Notes: a model not told the origin generated them from the letters alone. 64,000 nucleotides of DNA from Eledone cirrhosa (GCA_964016885.1 OZ024758.1:26474001-26538000), one strand, 5' to 3'. Positions 38,901 through 55,719 are shown, counted from the stretch's first letter. Numbers and translations are program-made.

Positions 38901-39413
38901 GACAACTTCCAGAAATCCCTGGCCTGGCAGTGCTACCGAGGAGCTTTGCCAGTTCGGGATAAACTCTACAGGCATGGAGGTGCCGTCAGCCGGGCATGTC
39001 CGAGATGCGCGCAGGGCGACGAAACCGTCCTGCACGCACTCGTCCAGTGTCCGAGCATTGCTGACTTGTGGGTTTATGTCGAACACCTGCTGTCACGTGT
39101 AGGACGGATCCAGCTATCAGCTGAGTCCATCGTGAGGATTGCCCCGCCCCCTTCCTTTATCCGGGAAGGGCAGCCAGTTTTTATCTGTCTGGTGGCCATG
39201 GCGAAAGAGATAGTATGGTGGACACGTTTGAAAGGGCTGAAGACGAGCACTTACCTCTTCGGTGATGCCCTGATTAACTTTTTCAAATTTCATTTGAAAA
39301 GGAAAATCAGGGTAGAGAGGGAAGTGCTCTCTTCCCAGCATTTTGTTGAAAGATGGGTGAGAGAAGCAAGTATGGCCCGAATGAATGGGCCTTCTCTGAG
39401 TATGTGTCTGTAA
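35997..39413 (+). pseudogene. ORF2 (APE endonuclease + reverse transcriptase + C-terminal CCHC) with one in-frame TAG at 38805-38807
   Basis: APE motifs SINARG, SET, GDWN, SYLDR, TDH. RT motifs KSPGLDG, FRPITLLN, DQSKAFDRV, RQGCPLS, YADD. ORF 38898-39413 is in the same frame and carries CPRC..ETVLHALVQC. Confidence 0.95.
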
Positions 39414-40992
39414 ATTAAAGGTGGAAAACTGGGAGAGGGCACTTGCCCTGGTGGTCAGGGCCACTGTGGTCTTTTAATGGGCTTTCTCCACAAATGTCCC
39501 TCGGAAGTCTCCCCCCTATTGGGGAATTTTTCTTTGTTATTTTATTTCAACCTCCGTTTTTTTTACACGCAGAAATGCCCATTTGTACCGTCCTGTATTG
39601 TCCTGTACTGTCCTTAATGTCTACTTTATGTAAACCCTTGTGGTTAATAAAGAAAACATTATTATTATTATTATTAGGGTGGTGGATCTGCAGAATCAGT
39701 AGAGCGTCGTCCACCATGCTGTGCAGCATAGAGTTATGGCCCTTTATGTTCTGAGTTCAAATCCTGCCGAGGTTAACTTTGCCTTTCATCCTTACCGGGT
39801 CGATAAAATAAAGTACCAGCAGTGCACTGGGGTCGATTTCATTGACTTTCTCCTCCCCTAAAATTGCTGACCTTGTGCTTAAATCAGAAATCATTATTAA
39901 AAAAATTAAATGACACACATCATCATCATCATCATCATTTTACGTCCGCTTTTCCCTGCTTGCAAGGGTGGGACAATATGTTGTGAAAAAGCTTAAATAA
40001 ATATATATATACGGTAAAAACCTCCCAGACCCACACTGTAAATGTGGTTGGTGTTAGGAAGGGCATCCAACTGTAGAAAACCTGCCAGACAGTCCTATGC
40101 GAGCAAGACAATCACTCTTGCCTCAAGTGGGACTACCCCCGTCCAAACCCATGCAAGCGTGGAACACGGACGTTAAACGTTGATGATGATGATGATATAT
40201 ATTTTATTTTCATCTGCCCATCAAAATAGTTTTTGGTTTAGGCACAAGGTCAACCATTTTGTGGGAAGGGAAAGTTAATTAAATCGAACCTAGTGTGTTA
40301 CTGGGATTTGAACTCAGAACGTAAATAGACATAACTCTATGCCTCAAAGCATGTTGTCCAATGTTCTGCCAATCCACCACCATCATTTATTGATAAATGA
40401 TACAATCAGTTTACAATTTGAACTCTACTACCTCAGAGAATTATAATTAATGGTGTTATTTTATCAAGAAAATTATCAAGAGAATTATAATTAATGGTGT
40501 TATTTTATCAAAAAAATAGAATCACATTAACCCTTTAGCATTTAAACCAGCCGCATCCGGCCAGAATTCTCTCATCTCTTTCTATTCAAACCAGCTGTAA
40601 CCAGCTTCTCATACTGATGTTAAAGTATTATTCTCAAAATAAACAATATAAAAGTCTAAAAGATTTGATATTATGTGAGATAATTATGTGAATAATTACC
40701 ATGAAAATATAATAGTATATAAAAAGGGTTAAATGGCTAATTTGAGCCAGTCTATGATGTAAAAAGGAGCAACTGTTGAGGCATCAATTTAAGGACTCAA
40801 GTTGTCAAAGTAACAGAAATGGTTTTCCCAATGACTGATAGAAAAACTTAGATGGGATATAATTTGGATTTGTGCCAGGAAAAGGTATTACCGATTCCCT
40901 CTTTTTCCTAGCTTAGTCTAAGCCACTATACTCATTGTGCATTGGGCTGGAAAAAGCTTTGACAAAGTATCATGCTTTATAGTTTCTGATCT

Positions 40993-41640
40993 TTAACCCT
41001 TTAGCATTTACATTACTCTATATATACTATTGTATTTTCACAGTAAAGGCTTTACCTCACATAATATCTCGCATAACATTTACATTACTGTATATATACC
41101 ATTATATTTTCACAGTAAAGGCTTTACCTCACATAATATCTCACATAACATTTACATTACTGTATATAACTATTGTATTTTCACAGTAAAGGCTTTACGT
41201 CACATAATATCTCACATAACATTTACATTACTGTATATATACCATTATATTTTCACAGTAAAGGCTTTACCTCACATAATATCTCGCATAACATTTACAT
41301 TACTGTATATATACCATTATATTTTCACCCTAAAGGCTTTACCTCACATAATATCTCACATAACATTCACATTACTCTATATATACTATTGTATTTTCAC
41401 AGTAAAGGCTTTACCTCACATAATATCTCACATAACATTCACATTACTCTACATATACTATTATATTTTCACAGTAAAGGCTTTACCTTACATAATTATC
41501 TCGCATAATATTGAATCTATGAGATTTTGATATTTATTTTGAGAACAATACCTTAACATAAGTATGAGCAGCCAGTTACAGCTGGTTTGAACAGAAAGAG
41601 GTGAGATAATTCTGGCCTGATATGGCCAGTTTAAATGCTA
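40993..41640. repeat. piggyBac-type MITE with internal ~71-72-bp tandem array (~7 units)
   Basis: Starts TTAACCCTTTAGCATTTAC. Unit CATTTACATTACTGTATATATAC..CACATAATATCTCACATAA. Confidence 0.9.
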
Positions 41641-41885
41641 GCAATATACAGTGATTCTATCCATAAAATGAGAATAGGCATTAAGCCACCACATCCTATT
41701 GTTGTCCTCCAGGCAGTAACAGGGCAATATAAAACCAGTTTAGGGGAACTTATGTAAGCTGATAATCTAGGACTTAAGGCTGAGTCTGTGGAAGATTTAG
41801 AGAAGAAATACTAGACAATAATACTTTTGAAAGGCCCCAAAATAAACTTTGTAATTAGGAAAGAAGATAGAACTCTGCTGCCGTC

Positions 41886-42540
41886 ATGATGATGGTGCTG
41901 GTGATAGTGATGGTGGTGGTGGTGGTGATGTTGGTGGTGGTGGGAGTGTTGTTGGTGATAGTGATGTTGGTGGTGGTGGGAGTGTTGTTGGTGGTAGTGA
42001 TGTTAGTGGTGGTGGTGGTGGTGTTGGTGGTAGTGCTACTGTTGTTGGTGATAGTGATGTTAGTGGTGGTGGTGGTGGTGATGATGGTGCTGGTGATAGT
42101 GATGTTAGTGGTGGTGATGGTGGTGGTGGTGGTGTTGGTGGTAGTGGTGGTGATGTTAGTGATAGTGATGTTAGTGGTGGTGGTGGTGGTGGTGGTAGTG
42201 TTGTTGGTGATAGTGATGTTAGTGGTGGTGGTGGTGGTAGTGGTAGTCTTGTTGGTGATAGTGATGTTAGTGGTGGTGGTGGTGATGATGGTGTTGTTTA
42301 CCAACAACACCATCATCATAGTAGTGGTGGTGCTGGTGGTAGTAGTGGTGGTGGTGGTGATGGTGATGCTGATGGTGGTGGTGGTGATGATGGTGCTGGT
42401 GATAGTGATGTTAGTGGTGATGTTAGGGGTGGGGTTGGTGGTAGTAGTGGTGATGGTGTTGGTGGTGGTGGTAGTAGTGGTGGTGCTGGTGTTGGTAGTG
42501 GTGCTGATGGTGGTGCTGGTAGTGATGATGATGATGATGA
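41886..42540. repeat. (GGT/GAT/GTT)n trinucleotide low-complexity tract
   Basis: Direct reading. Yields poly-Val/poly-Thr ORFs. Confidence 0.95.
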
Positions 42541-42834
42541 ATATCTTACAAACCAACTACACCCAAATATGAAAAAGAAACTGGAGTCTAAGAAAACTAT
42601 GCAGACATAGTTTATTCATAAATAAGAAAATTAATGCCCCATGAAGAGAGGTGCAGGGCCATTCTAGAAAGTGTGTTGGCAGGTTATAAATGATGTTGAA
42701 GAATGTAAAGAAAAGAGAAGATCATCAGTAGGTATTAAGTAGGTGGTGTGTCAATCTCTAAAGTGATGAAGTGAAAACTAGATGGAAAGATGGCCAAGAT
42801 AAAATGTAGAAGGTTAAAAGAATTTATATATATC

Positions 42835-43167
42835 ATCATTTCATTTTACGTCCACTTTTCCCTGCTTGCAAGGGTGGGACGGGAACTGATTCTGGCTTGA
42901 TTTCTACAGCTGGATGCCCTTCCTAACACCAACCTCATTTACAGTGAGTGCTGGGTGCTTTTTTTGCCGTGGCACCTCCACGACCACTTTGCAGTGGAAT
43001 GATATGGACTCCAGTGCCTATCATCTCATTTCTACAGCTGAGTAAACTGGAGCAATGTGAAATAAAGTGTCTTGCTCAAGGAAACAACACATCACCCGGT
43101 CTGAGAATTGAACTCACAACCTTTCGATTGCAAACCCAATGCTCTAACCACTAAGCCATGTGCCTCC
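42835..43167 (-). mobile_element. SINE family A copy
   Basis: Full copy. Confidence 0.9.
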
Positions 43168-43283
43168 ATATATATATATATATTTTTTGAGTATATGTTG
43201 GTTGTATACCAACACCTCAGATTGCAGATTGGAGCACTCGACGAAGTGCGCAGGTTGGTTTGGTTACTCCGGAGTAATGTAAA

Positions 43284-43570
43284 ATAAACTAAAATAAATA
43301 AGTCAAATGTTTAAAATTTGACTTCGTTTATATATTTCGGTGCTATATATATTTCGGTGACAGCCATCTTTGGCTGTGACCTCTTCAGGAACTGGGCATA
43401 TCAGAGTATTGACAAAGTTAAACACCTCAACAACATGTGTAATCGTCTCTACCACACTAATTCGGACTGCCTGAAGAGGTCACAGCCAAAGATGGCTGTC
43501 ACCGAAATATATATAGCAGTAATAAACGAAGCCAAATTTTAAACATTTAACTTATTTATTTTAGTTTATT
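43284..43570. repeat. Fold-back inverted repeat (~100-bp arms, ~80-bp spacer)
   Basis: ATAAACTAAAATAAATAAG..CTCTTCAGG is mirrored at 43470-43570. Confidence 0.88.
43466..43520 (+). ncRNA. Minimal type I hammerhead motif (inverted partner core at 43344-43388)
   Basis: actgc-CTGAAGA-ggtcacagcca aaga tggctgtcacc-GAAA-tatata-TA-gcagt. Confidence 0.8.
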
Positions 43571-43964
43571 AAAGTTATGTTGGTGCCACAACATCCAGGC
43601 CGAAACAAATGAGATCGTGTAGACACAGTCCACGCTGTAATGTGGCCGTGTAGGCAACACGGTAAAAACCTCCCAGCCCCACACTGTAAATGTGGTTGGT
43701 GTTAGGAAGGGCATCCAGCTGTAGAAAACCTGCCAGACAGTCCATGCTGTAATGTGGCCGTGTAGGCAACACGGTAAAAACCTCCCAGCCCCACACTGTA
43801 AATGTGGTTGGTGTTAGGAAGGGCATCCAGCTGTAGAAAACCCGCCAGACAGTCCTATGCGAGCAAGATAATCACTCTTGCCTCAAGTGGGAAAACCCCC
43901 GTCCAAACCCATGCAAGCGTGGAACACGGACGTTAAACGTTGATGATGATGATGATATATATAT

Positions 43965-44522
43965 TTAATGTGGAGAGCCATCCTCAGCATTCTCGTGTAG
44001 CACCCATCAACCATCTGAGTGAGTTTCTTGGTCAGTGTCCAAGTCTCAGACCCATACAGCAGCACAGACTCCACTACAGCAATGAAGAGGCGGATTTTCA
44101 GGTCTCTATGAAGGTCCGACTTCCACACCGATCACAAGCTGTGGCACGCCGCCCAGGCCTTGCTCTTCCTCTCAACCACATCATCTTCCATATTCCCAAT
44201 CTTTGCTCCCAAATATAGGAAGTCCTGAGAAAAACTCAGCTGTATGGGAGCATCCCAAAAGTCAGCTCAAAAGTGACAAAGAGGAGACTGAGGTTGGCTG
44301 GACATGCTCGCCGACATCCAGAGTTGACGTTGCACTCAATGCTCCTTTGGGAGCCCCTACATGGACACACTAGAAGAGGAAGACCAAGGTTAACGTATGT
44401 TGATGCCCTAAGGACAGACACTGGTCTGTTGGAGACGCAGGACATGGCAGCGATAATGAGGGACAGAGATCGCTGGAGAGAACTCGTCCATGGATCTCGG
44501 GAATTTTACCCGCCTTAGATAG
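43965..44522. mobile_element. Second RTE-like LINE 3' fragment with 5' inversion
   Basis: The minus piece YLGA...SVLLYGSETW...RMLRMALHI and the plus piece EVLRKTQLYG...RRLRLAGH...GRPR...RDRWR are consecutive parts of one RT C-terminus. Confidence 0.8.
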
Positions 44523-45600
44523 ATATATATATATATATATAATACAAAATTTAGTACAGCATCAACGAAGCCATGGTTGCAGCCAAGCTAACGAATGCAG
44601 TTTCGGTGTGCAGCTAAGCACTCAATAGGGTATAACCCTAGAGTTATAACATTACGTTTAGACAGCTTTGCAAAATGAAGACAGCGACCGATAGAAGGGC
44701 CACAGTGACCATAGCCACGAAAAAGACTGAACTCAGGAAAAATTTGACTAACCTGGACCATCACGTCGACATCATACATAACACATAATACATTTAATAT
44801 AATATATACCATATAATATACATCACATGTAATCCACAATATCTCCACTAGGTTTCTGTAAATCCGAAATCAACAAAATCCACTTGCAAGGGTGTGCAAG
44901 TTAATGGTTTTTGAAGATAGAACAATGGAGTTTTACTTCGTCAACAAGTTTTTCGTTCTGGTCTGCTCGGGTTTTTTATGCTAGAGTAAGCGCTGCTAGC
45001 AAACACATGGTTTTCCCAAAAGGAAGTAACACCCAATTTTGGCGGTCAATTCAAAATTTAGAACAAAGAGAAATAATAATTGTTTCTACTTTTGGCACAA
45101 GGCCAGCAATTCACCAGTACATTACTGGTACCTTATTTTATCGACCCTGTAAGGATGAAAAGTAAAGTTGACCTCGGCGGGATTTGAACTCAGAATGGCA
45201 AGGGCCGTAACTCTATACGTCAAAGCATGGCGTCTTACCCCCTACCGATACTGCCAATCCACCGCCCTATATTAAATATTCTAACTCAATATTAAATAAT
45301 ATACCCAATTTCTATATTCTAGACCTCTAATATTTGTAATATTAGTACATACACCTCAATTTATTTATTTTTTTTTTTTAGGCTTTATTTACAGCTGTTT
45401 TTCATTTTTGACAGCATTCCTGATCAAAAGTCTCTTTCTCTTTCCGCCTTTCTTTCTTTTTTCCTCTCTCCTCTCTTCTATTTCTTTTTCCTTTCCTTTT
45501 CTTCATTTTTCCTATTTTTCTCTTCTCTTATATTTTTGTCATATGTAGACTGGACACTTTTTTGTTCACAAGTGTTTTTAGGCCTCATATCATGTTACCT

Positions 45601-45670
45601 TATTTTATCTGATGAGAAGACAATTTTTGTCCCAGGATGATGTTGTTTTCGAAATGCGCATAATAAAATA
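45601..45670 (+). ncRNA. Minimal type I hammerhead motif
   Basis: tattttat-CTGATGA-gaagacaat...gttgttttc-GAAA-tgcgca-TA-ataaaata. Perfect stem I, 9-bp stem II, palindromic stem III ATGCGCAT. Confidence 0.8.
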
Positions 45671-45865
45671 TATGGAACTTTTTTAACCATCTTTTAATTT
45701 CTTCTTTATATATACTCCAGTTCTACCAACTGTTGAGTGCTACTTATCTGATATATGCATAGTTTTATTGTTCTGCAATATTACTCATTTCCTACATATA
45801 TATATATATATATAAGCAAAGGGATATTTAATTTGTAAGTTTTGGTACCCTTGAAATATATATAA

Positions 45866-49529
<3,664 letters not shown>

Positions 49530-49588
49530 TAATATATATAATATGGTTTTATAAATATAGTTTTCCATTTATTAATATCATTGATATA

Positions 49589-50877
49589 CGAGGAAGGATC
49601 AAAAAGTTCGCGGAATTTTATCGTAGCAAGAAAAAAATCAGGTTAAAACAATATTAAACATGTCAGAACGTTGTCACTGGGTGTTTACCTTGCTATTAGT
49701 CACATGCAGTCAGTCATGCGCGGACTATTGTACAGTACTGACACTCTTGAAAAAACCTCTTTTTGGAGCAATGGAAAATAGTTATTTTGAGATAAGATCG
49801 AATATCAAGTTTCTGGTGAAACTCAAATGGAAAGGAACACAGATTATGGAGGCTTTAGTTAAAGTTTACAGTACTACTGCTCCAAAGAAAACTGCTGTCT
49901 ACAAATGGATTCAGTGATTCAAACAAGGGAAAGACGACCTTGAAGACGACCATCGCAGTGGAAGACCAGGAACATCAAACAATGACCAAAACGTTGAGGC
50001 TGCTCAGACTTTAATTGAAGAAGATCGAAGAATAACAGTTAATCAGTTAGCTAAGTCCCTAGACATTTCATATGGTTCGGCAAATTCAATTCTGCACGAT
50101 AATTTGGGACTAAGCAAGCTTTCAGCGCGATGGGTCCCAAAAGCGTTGCGCTCTGATCAGCTGATTCTTCCAAGTGATCTGTCTTTGGCGATATTAAACA
50201 AAATTGAAGTTGATGAAGAGCATTTCCTGACCAGAATCATCACCGGAGATGAAACCTGGATCTACCAGTATAATCCTGAATCCAAACAGCAGTCAAAACA
50301 GTGGCTTCCACATGGATCATCGGGGCCAATCAAGTTCAAATTAAGAAGTGATGGCCACCATTTTCTGGGATTCAGATGGGGTGATACTAATAGATTATCT
50401 TGAAGGTCAAAGAACTGTGACAGGAGCTTACTATGCAAAGGTTTTAGGGAAGCTGAAAGAGGCATTAGTCAAGAAATGAAAAGGGAAACTTCATGGTGGG
50501 ATCTTGTTTGACAATGCACCAGCACATTCTGCGTGGGTTGCAAAAGAAGTTCTTCGAGAATTTCGATGGGAAGTGCTTCCTCACCCGCCTTATAGTCCAG
50601 ATTTAGCCCCATCAGACTTTTTCCTCTTTCCAAAACAAAAAGAAATGCTAAAAGGAACCCGTTTTAGTGGTGTTGAAGAAGCTAAAAACACTGCCAACAC
50701 ATAGCTTCGAACAAGGCCTTCAACTTTCTTTAGAGACGGCTTACGAAGCTGGAAGCATCGCCTTGTCAAGTGGATTGACCTGGATGGCAACTATGTAGAA
50801 AAATAAATCGAAGGTAAATCATATTTTTTGAAAAATAGATTATTTTCTTTAAAATTCTGCGAACTTTTTGATCCCCC

Positions 50878-50881
<4 letters not shown>
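49589..50881 (+). mobile_element. Decayed mariner (DD34D) transposon
   Basis: About 30-bp TIRs (CGAGGAAGGATCAAAAAGTTCGCGGAATTT / AAATTCTGCGAACTTTTTGATCCCCCCTCA) with TA flanks. Transposase fragments from ATG 49771 carry WVPKAL, TGDETW, DNAPAH and YSPDLAPSDF, with stops and frameshifts. Confidence 0.93.
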
Positions 50882-50932
<51 letters not shown>

Positions 50933-51159
50933 TTGATATAGTAGAATAATCGAGAATCGGAAAAACAGCTCACGAATTAACGATAAACAGTATCCGATAT
51001 GTGTGGCAGAGGGCTCAATAATTTGGATAAATCAGAGCTATAACCATCGTTAAATTACCAACACATAGAGATCATGCCTAAAATCACCCGTGCATCCGAA
51101 AAAGAACGACCAGGAAGATTCGGGTCACTCAAATAAAATATCAATAAATCAATAAATTG

Positions 51160-51190
<31 letters not shown>

Positions 51191-51592
51191 TAAGCAGAAA
51201 ATTGGCAGTCATTAGAACGTCAGATAGAATGTTTTGTAGTGTTTGGTCTGGTTCTCTGCTTTCTGAGTTCAAATCCTGCTGAGGTCAATTTTGCCATTCA
51301 CCCATTTAATGTCAATAAAAAAAGTACCAGTCAAGTACTGGAGTCGATTCTTCCTCTGTATCTTTTTCTTACTTTTTCTCCTTCTCTGGAAGAAATTTGG
51401 AGAGATGTGTGCCGCCAGGTTTATAAATGACCTAGAAATGCCATTTGCTACAACGGTGTCCCTACGAATCTATCAGGAGGTATGGAACCATGCATGCCCT
51501 GGATGTTACATTTGATTTTAACAGTCATAACACTACTATTGAGTTAGTGAGTTAGAGACATGACCAAAGGCACAACTAGTTCAAATTTACGT

Positions 51593-52452
51593 AACCTTTT
51601 AGCATTTAAACCAACCATATCTGGCCAGAATTCTCTCCCCTCTTTCTGTTCAAACCAACTATAACCTGCGGCTCATACTTATGTTAAGGTATTGTTCTCA
51701 AAATAAATATCAAAATCTCATAGCTTCGATATTATGTGTGGTAAAGCCTTTACCATGAAAATATAATAGTATATATAGAGTAATGTGAATGTTATGTGAG
51801 ATAATTATGTGAAGTAAAGCCTTTACCATGAAAATATAATAGTATATATAGAGTAATGTGAATGTTATGTGAGATATTATGTGAGGTAAAGACTTTACCA
51901 TGAAAATACAATAGTATATATAGAGTAATGTGAATGTTATGTGAGATATTATGTGAGGTAAAGCCTTTACCATGAAAATACAATAGTATATATAGAGTAA
52001 TGTGAATGTTATGTGAGATATTATGTGAGGTAAAACCTTTACCATGAAAATACAATAGTATATATAGAGTAATGTGAATGTTATGTGAGATATTATGTGA
52101 GGTAAAGCCTTTACCATGAAAATACAATAGTATATATAGAGTAATGTGAATGTTATGTGAGATATTATGTGAGGTAAAGCCTTTACCATGAAAATACAAT
52201 AGTATATATAGAGTAATGTGAATGTTATGTGAGATATTATGTGAGGTAAAGCCTTTACCATGAAAATACAATAGTATATATAGAGTAATGTGAATGTTAT
52301 GTGAGATATTATGTGAGGTAAAACCTTTACCATGAAAATACAATAGTATATATAGAGTAATGTGAATGTTATGTGAGATATTATGTGAGGTAAAGCCTTT
52401 ACCATGAAAATACAATAGTATATATAGAGTAATGTGAATAGTAAAGAGTTAA
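51593..52452. repeat. piggyBac-type MITE with internal 72-bp tandem array (~10 units)
   Basis: Same MITE segment expanded, in the opposite orientation. The ORF track shows 24-aa periodicity. Confidence 0.9.
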
Positions 52453-52989
52453 CAGAAATAAAACTATTATTGAGTTACTACGAGGTGAAATTTACTCAAG
52501 GAGCATCAACATCATCACCATCTTCGTTATTTTACATCTGCTTTCCTTGCTAGCATGAGTTGAATGGCTTTTCATGGCCTAGAATACCTAAAATAACATG
52601 TGTAACTACAATGAAGCACATTAAACCATCTGCTGACATGGTTGAGAGTTTTTAAGTTTATTCCTGCTCTACTAACACAGGGCACAGGATGTAACTTCCT
52701 AGAAGGCAGTTATCTATAAATATTCCAAGCTAATACATGTCTACCTTCATATATATATTTGCTAGCAGGGAAAGCAGGTGTTGCAGGTGTTAGATGGTTA
52801 AGCTATGATGATGATGATATATACAAATGTAAATATATATATATGTGTGTGTATATATATATATATCATCATCATCATAATTTTACGTCCGCTTTTCCCT
52901 GCTTGCAAGGGTTGGACGGGTCCTATTCAGCACAGCATCTCTCCACTTGTCCTGGTCCTTCGTCATCTCCTCGGTGAGTTTCAGCGATG

Positions 52990-53320
52990 GGAGCACATGG
53001 CTTAGTGGTTAGAGCATTGACCTTGCAATCGATAGGTTGTGAGTTGAATTCTCAGACTGGGTGATGTGTTGTTTCCTTGAGCAGGACACTTTATTTCACA
53101 TTGCTCCAATTTACTCAGCTGTAGAAATGAGATGATAGGACTGGGGTTCCTATCATTCCACTGTAAAGTGGACGTGGAGGTGTCACGGCAAAAAAGCACC
53201 CAGCACTCACTGTAAATGAGGTTGGTGTTAGGAAGGACATCCAGCTGTAGAGATCAAGCCAGAATCAGTTCCCGTCCCACCCTTGCAAGCAGGGAAAAGC
53301 GGACGTAAAATGATGTTAAT
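52990..53320 (+). mobile_element. SINE family A copy
   Basis: Full copy. Confidence 0.88.
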
Positions 53321-53767
53321 GATGACGAGGTCTGCGCTCACCACCTCCGCCCATGTTTTTCGTGGTCTACCTCTACTGCGTTTTCCTTCTACTGGGTGGC
53401 AAATTGGCAGAGTCGTTAGAATACTTTATGGTATTCGTTTCTGCTCTCTGAGTTCAAATCCCGCCGAGGTCAACTTTGCCTTTTAATCTTTTGTGGTCGA
53501 TAAAAAAAAAAGTACCAGTCAAGTACTGGGGTGGATTCTTCCTCTATATCTCTTTTTCATTTCCTCTGGAAGAAATCTGCTGTAGTCAGGCCTGGAAAGG
53601 GGGTGCGCTCCACCAGGCTTAAAATGAAATGCTGTATGTCAGTACGGCGCCCCTTCGCCTCTATCAGGAGTCACGGCACCATATATACCATATATATATC
53701 ATCTTCGTCAATCATTGTCATTTTACATCGACCTTCCATCCTTATATATGCATGCATGCATACATGT

Positions 53768-53955
53768 ATTGAAGGGTCAGCTGAAAAGCTCATAGGCTGA
53801 CTATGAAGGAGTGATGCTCGAGCTGTGAAATCTTACATGCATTAATTTCAACTCTTCTTATCAATAACTACATTATTTCATGTTGAAAAATAAACCTCAT
53901 TGTCATTCCATGAGAGTATCTTGGTCAGCCTATGAACTTTTCAGCTGTCCTTTAT
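53768..53955. mobile_element. mariner-type MITE (related fragment 31112-31240)
   Basis: TIRs GGTCAGCTGAAAAGCTCATAGGCTGAC / GTCAGCCTATGAACTTTTCAGCTGTCC. Confidence 0.7.
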
Positions 53956-54024
53956 ACATACATACATACATACACGTATGTGTGTATATATATATATATA
54001 TATATGTGTACGTACATACATCAT

Positions 54025-54358
54025 CATCATTTCATTTTACGTCTGCTTTTTCCCTGCTTGCAAGGGTGGGACGGGAACTGATTCTGGCTTGATTTCTACA
54101 GCTGGATGCCCTTCCTAACACCAACCTCATTTACAGTGAGTGCTGGGTGCTTTTTTGCCGTGGCATCTCCACGACCACTTTACAGTGGAATCATAGGGAC
54201 CCCAGTCTCTATCATCTCATTTCTACAGCTGAGTAAACTGCAGCAATGGGAAATAAAGTGTCCTGCTCAAGGAAACAACACATCACCCAGTCTGAGAATT
54301 GAACTCACCACCTTTCGATTGCAAGGCCAATGCTCTAACCACTAAGCCATGTGCCTCC
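54025..54358 (-). mobile_element. SINE family A copy
   Basis: Full copy. Confidence 0.9.
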
Positions 54359-54999
54359 ATACATACATAAACTACATACATACATAAACTAGAATGTGAC
54401 TCATCAAATGACAAGTTATTTTGGGAGTATACTCTTACCACTGGATAACATCAGGTTTTATAGGTTAAATAATTATAGTTATACTTTTTTTCAAATTTGT
54501 TGGTGTTTCTACGAAATAATTTCTACAATAGGGACAAGGCCAGCAATTTGGGGAGAAGGGAAAGTCGATTAAATCGGCCCCAGTGCATTACTGGTACCAT
54601 TTTTTTTTTTTATTTATTTTTTTTTTTTTATCGATCCTGTAGGGATGAAAGACAAAGTTAACCTCAGCAGGATTTGAACTCAGATTATAAAGGGGCATAA
54701 ACCTATGCCATAAAGCATGTTGTCCGACGCTCTACCAATTCTGCCAATCCATGCTTATTCTTGAGAGAGCTGTGGGTGCAGAGTCCTCAAATACTCCTTG
54801 CAGTGGGCCCTGTCAGAAGCAACCATCTCCAAGTGATTTGACTAGATCCCCAGGTGACACCAACCAAGTTCATGGATGTTATCCAACCATCTTGCTTGAG
54901 GTCTACTCCTCGGTCTCTTACCAGTTGGTTTTTCCCATAAAATCTGTTCAGTGATTCTTTATAAATGAATACTAATTTTGAAAATAAAAAGTTATTGTA

Positions 55000-55546
55000 G
55001 AGAAATGAGGCAAGCATGCTCCGTTGGATGTGCAATGTCAATGTATGTGAACGACCCAGCATGAATGTGTTGAGAGAGAAACTGTGTCTGAGAGGGATAG
55101 AATGTAGTGTGCGAGAGAGGAGACTGAGGTGGTATGGACATGTGATGTGTTGAGAGAGAAACTGTGTCTGAGAGGGATAGAATGTAGTGTGCGAGAGAGG
55201 AGACTGAGATGGTATGGACATGTGATGTGTTGAGAGAGAAACTGTGTCTGAGAGGGATAGAATGTAGTGTGCGAGAGAGGAGACTGAGGTGGTATGGAGA
55301 TGTGATGCGCATGGAGGATGACCGATGGGTGAAGAAGTGCCAGGAAATGCCAGTTGAAGGAAGACGTGGTAGAGGTAGACCATGAAAAACATGGGCGGAG
55401 GTGGTAAGAACAGACCTCAAATCGCTGAAGCTCATGGTGGAGATGACGAAGGACCGTGACAAGTGAAGAGATGCTGTGCTGAATAAGACGCGTCCCACCC
55501 TTGCAAGCAGGGAAAAGCGGACGTAAAATGATGCTGATGATGATGA
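55000..55546 (+). mobile_element. RTE LINE 3' fragment with internal ~80-bp triplication
   Basis: Near-identical to 58720-59100. The segment ATGTGTTGAGAGAGAAACTG...GGACATGTG occurs three times. Confidence 0.85.
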
Positions 55547-55719
55547 TTGTGTCAAATAAAATAATTAAATATAAATAAAAACACACAAATAAATACATCC
55601 TTCATAATTCACTACAGCTGCATTTGGTTAAAATGACTCATAATATAATTCAAACAGAAACACTAAATACATTTTCTCTGCATTTATAACTTCCCAGATT
55701 AAAAAAAATATATAAAAAT

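Larger units (their letters stand above)
33732..39657 (+). mobile_element. Near full-length Tx1/L1-clade non-LTR retrotransposon
   Basis: GC-richer 5.9 kb block with ORF1 remnants, an APE-RT ORF2, and a 3' UTR ending AATAAAGAAAAC. Flanked by (TTA)n on both sides. Confidence 0.93.
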
